Assembly: GCF_004010195.1 (NCBI RefSeq)
Contig: NC_057749.1
Location: forward strand, 17,067,750 to 17,131,749
Length of the DNA: 64,000 nucleotides
Origin: Chiloscyllium plagiosum
Lineage: Eukaryota
Reading direction: 5' to 3'
Positions 62,936 through 64,000 of this stretch are shown here, piece after piece; the first letter of the stretch is position 1, and each line of letters starts with the position of its first letter. The notes below the pieces were generated by a model. It saw nothing but the letters and a program-made list of their open reading frames with translations. It was not told the origin of the DNA and did no database searches. The translations under genes were made by a program, and so were the position numbers.

Positions 62936-63259
62936 CAAAAGAAAATTAAATTAAATTAAATGTAACTAGTCAGTTCACTTTAGTGGTCTCCATGATCCAG
63001 AATTTCATAGGTACATGAGATTAACCTTGCTGGACTCTGAACACTGGTCAGTGCAGGTTCTGAGGAATGTTCATTTAATTCTCAACATTTCTCTGAACTT
63101 CCAATAAGGTGAAAATGGGGCAATAGCTAGGGAGTGGTCATACCTCCTTCATGTAGATATCATCCTTCTGACAAAAAACACAGTTCACACTTTGCTTTCT
63201 CTTTCATTGATTAGTTGACACCGGTCTCCCTGTGAGGCCTCAGTTAATAATCCAGGCAT

Positions 63260-64000
63260 AGAACATAGAACAGAACAGGCCCTTCGGCCCTTGATGTTGT
63301 GCTGGTCTATTGTCCTACTCTAAGGTCAGGCTAACCTACGTACCCGTCACTGTACTAAGTTCTATGTGCCTGTCCAAGAGTCGTTTAAATGTCCCTAATT
63401 TATCTGACTCTACTACCTCTGCTGGCAGTGCATTCCATGCACCCAACACTCTGTGTAAAGAACCTACCTCTGACATCTCCCCTACATCTTCCTCCAATCA
63501 CCTTAAAATTATGCCCCCTTGTGATAGACATTTCTGCCATCGGAAAAAGTCTCTGACTATCCGCTATCTATGCCTCTCAACATCTTGTACACCTCTATCA
63601 ATTCACCTCTCATCCTTTTTTGTTCCAATAGGAAAAGCTCTTGCTCCCTCAACCTTTCTTCATAAGATATGCCCTCCAGTCCAGGCAACATCCTGGTAAA
63701 TCTCCTCTGCTCCCTCTCTGAAGCTTCCATATCCTTCCTATAAGAACTGAACACAATATTCTAAGTGTGGTCTAACCAGCATAACCTCATGGCTCTTAAG
63801 CTCAATCCCCCTGCTAATGAAAGCCAACACACCAAATGCCTTCTTAACAACCCTATCAATCTGGGTGGCAACTTTGAACAATCTATGGACACGGAACCCA
63901 AGATCCCTCTGTTCCTCCATACTGCCAAGAACCCTGCCTTTAACTCTGTATTCAGCATTCAAATTCGACCTTCCAAAGTGTATGACTTCACACTTTTCCT
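63260..64000 (-). mobile_element. CR1 3' fragment running off the window
   Basis: EQRDLG..VKKAFGVLAFISRGIE..LVRPHLEYCVQF and RMRGELIEVYKML. Confidence 0.92.

Noticed and set aside
48700-64000. MYO9A coding exon
   Set aside because: No RA or myosin-head ORF in the window; the identity of the plus-strand gene remains inference.

Overview
Eukaryotic vertebrate genomic DNA, most likely a shark (HE1-like SINEs, DeuSINE/SacSINE1-like SINEs, dense CR1 LINEs). The genes are mostly on the minus strand: the single-exon CDS of SENP8 (40118-40753) and the first two coding exons of IQGAP1 (30448-30502 and 22495-22594). IQGAP1 also has a phase-compatible candidate alternative first exon (29952-30000), and no exon 3 was found, so it presumably lies left of the window. 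A CpG-island bidirectional promoter at ~46.4-47.3 kb probably drives SENP8 leftward and a plus-strand gene rightward (MYO9A by synteny only; no coding exon seen). It is bracketed by two minisatellites: a 32-bp array of GC-box plus CCAAT/TALE motifs and a 39-bp array. The most striking non-genic signal is a set of Penelope-like retroelement (PLE) derivatives from two families carrying minimal type I hammerhead ribozyme motifs. Several are fold-back (inverted) insertions with 13-15 bp target-site duplications, and several have 5' breakpoints at the ribozyme edge. Most ORFs in the supplied track are repeat-derived or chance ORFs. Repeat boundaries are approximate and repeat family names come from recognition, not from a database search.
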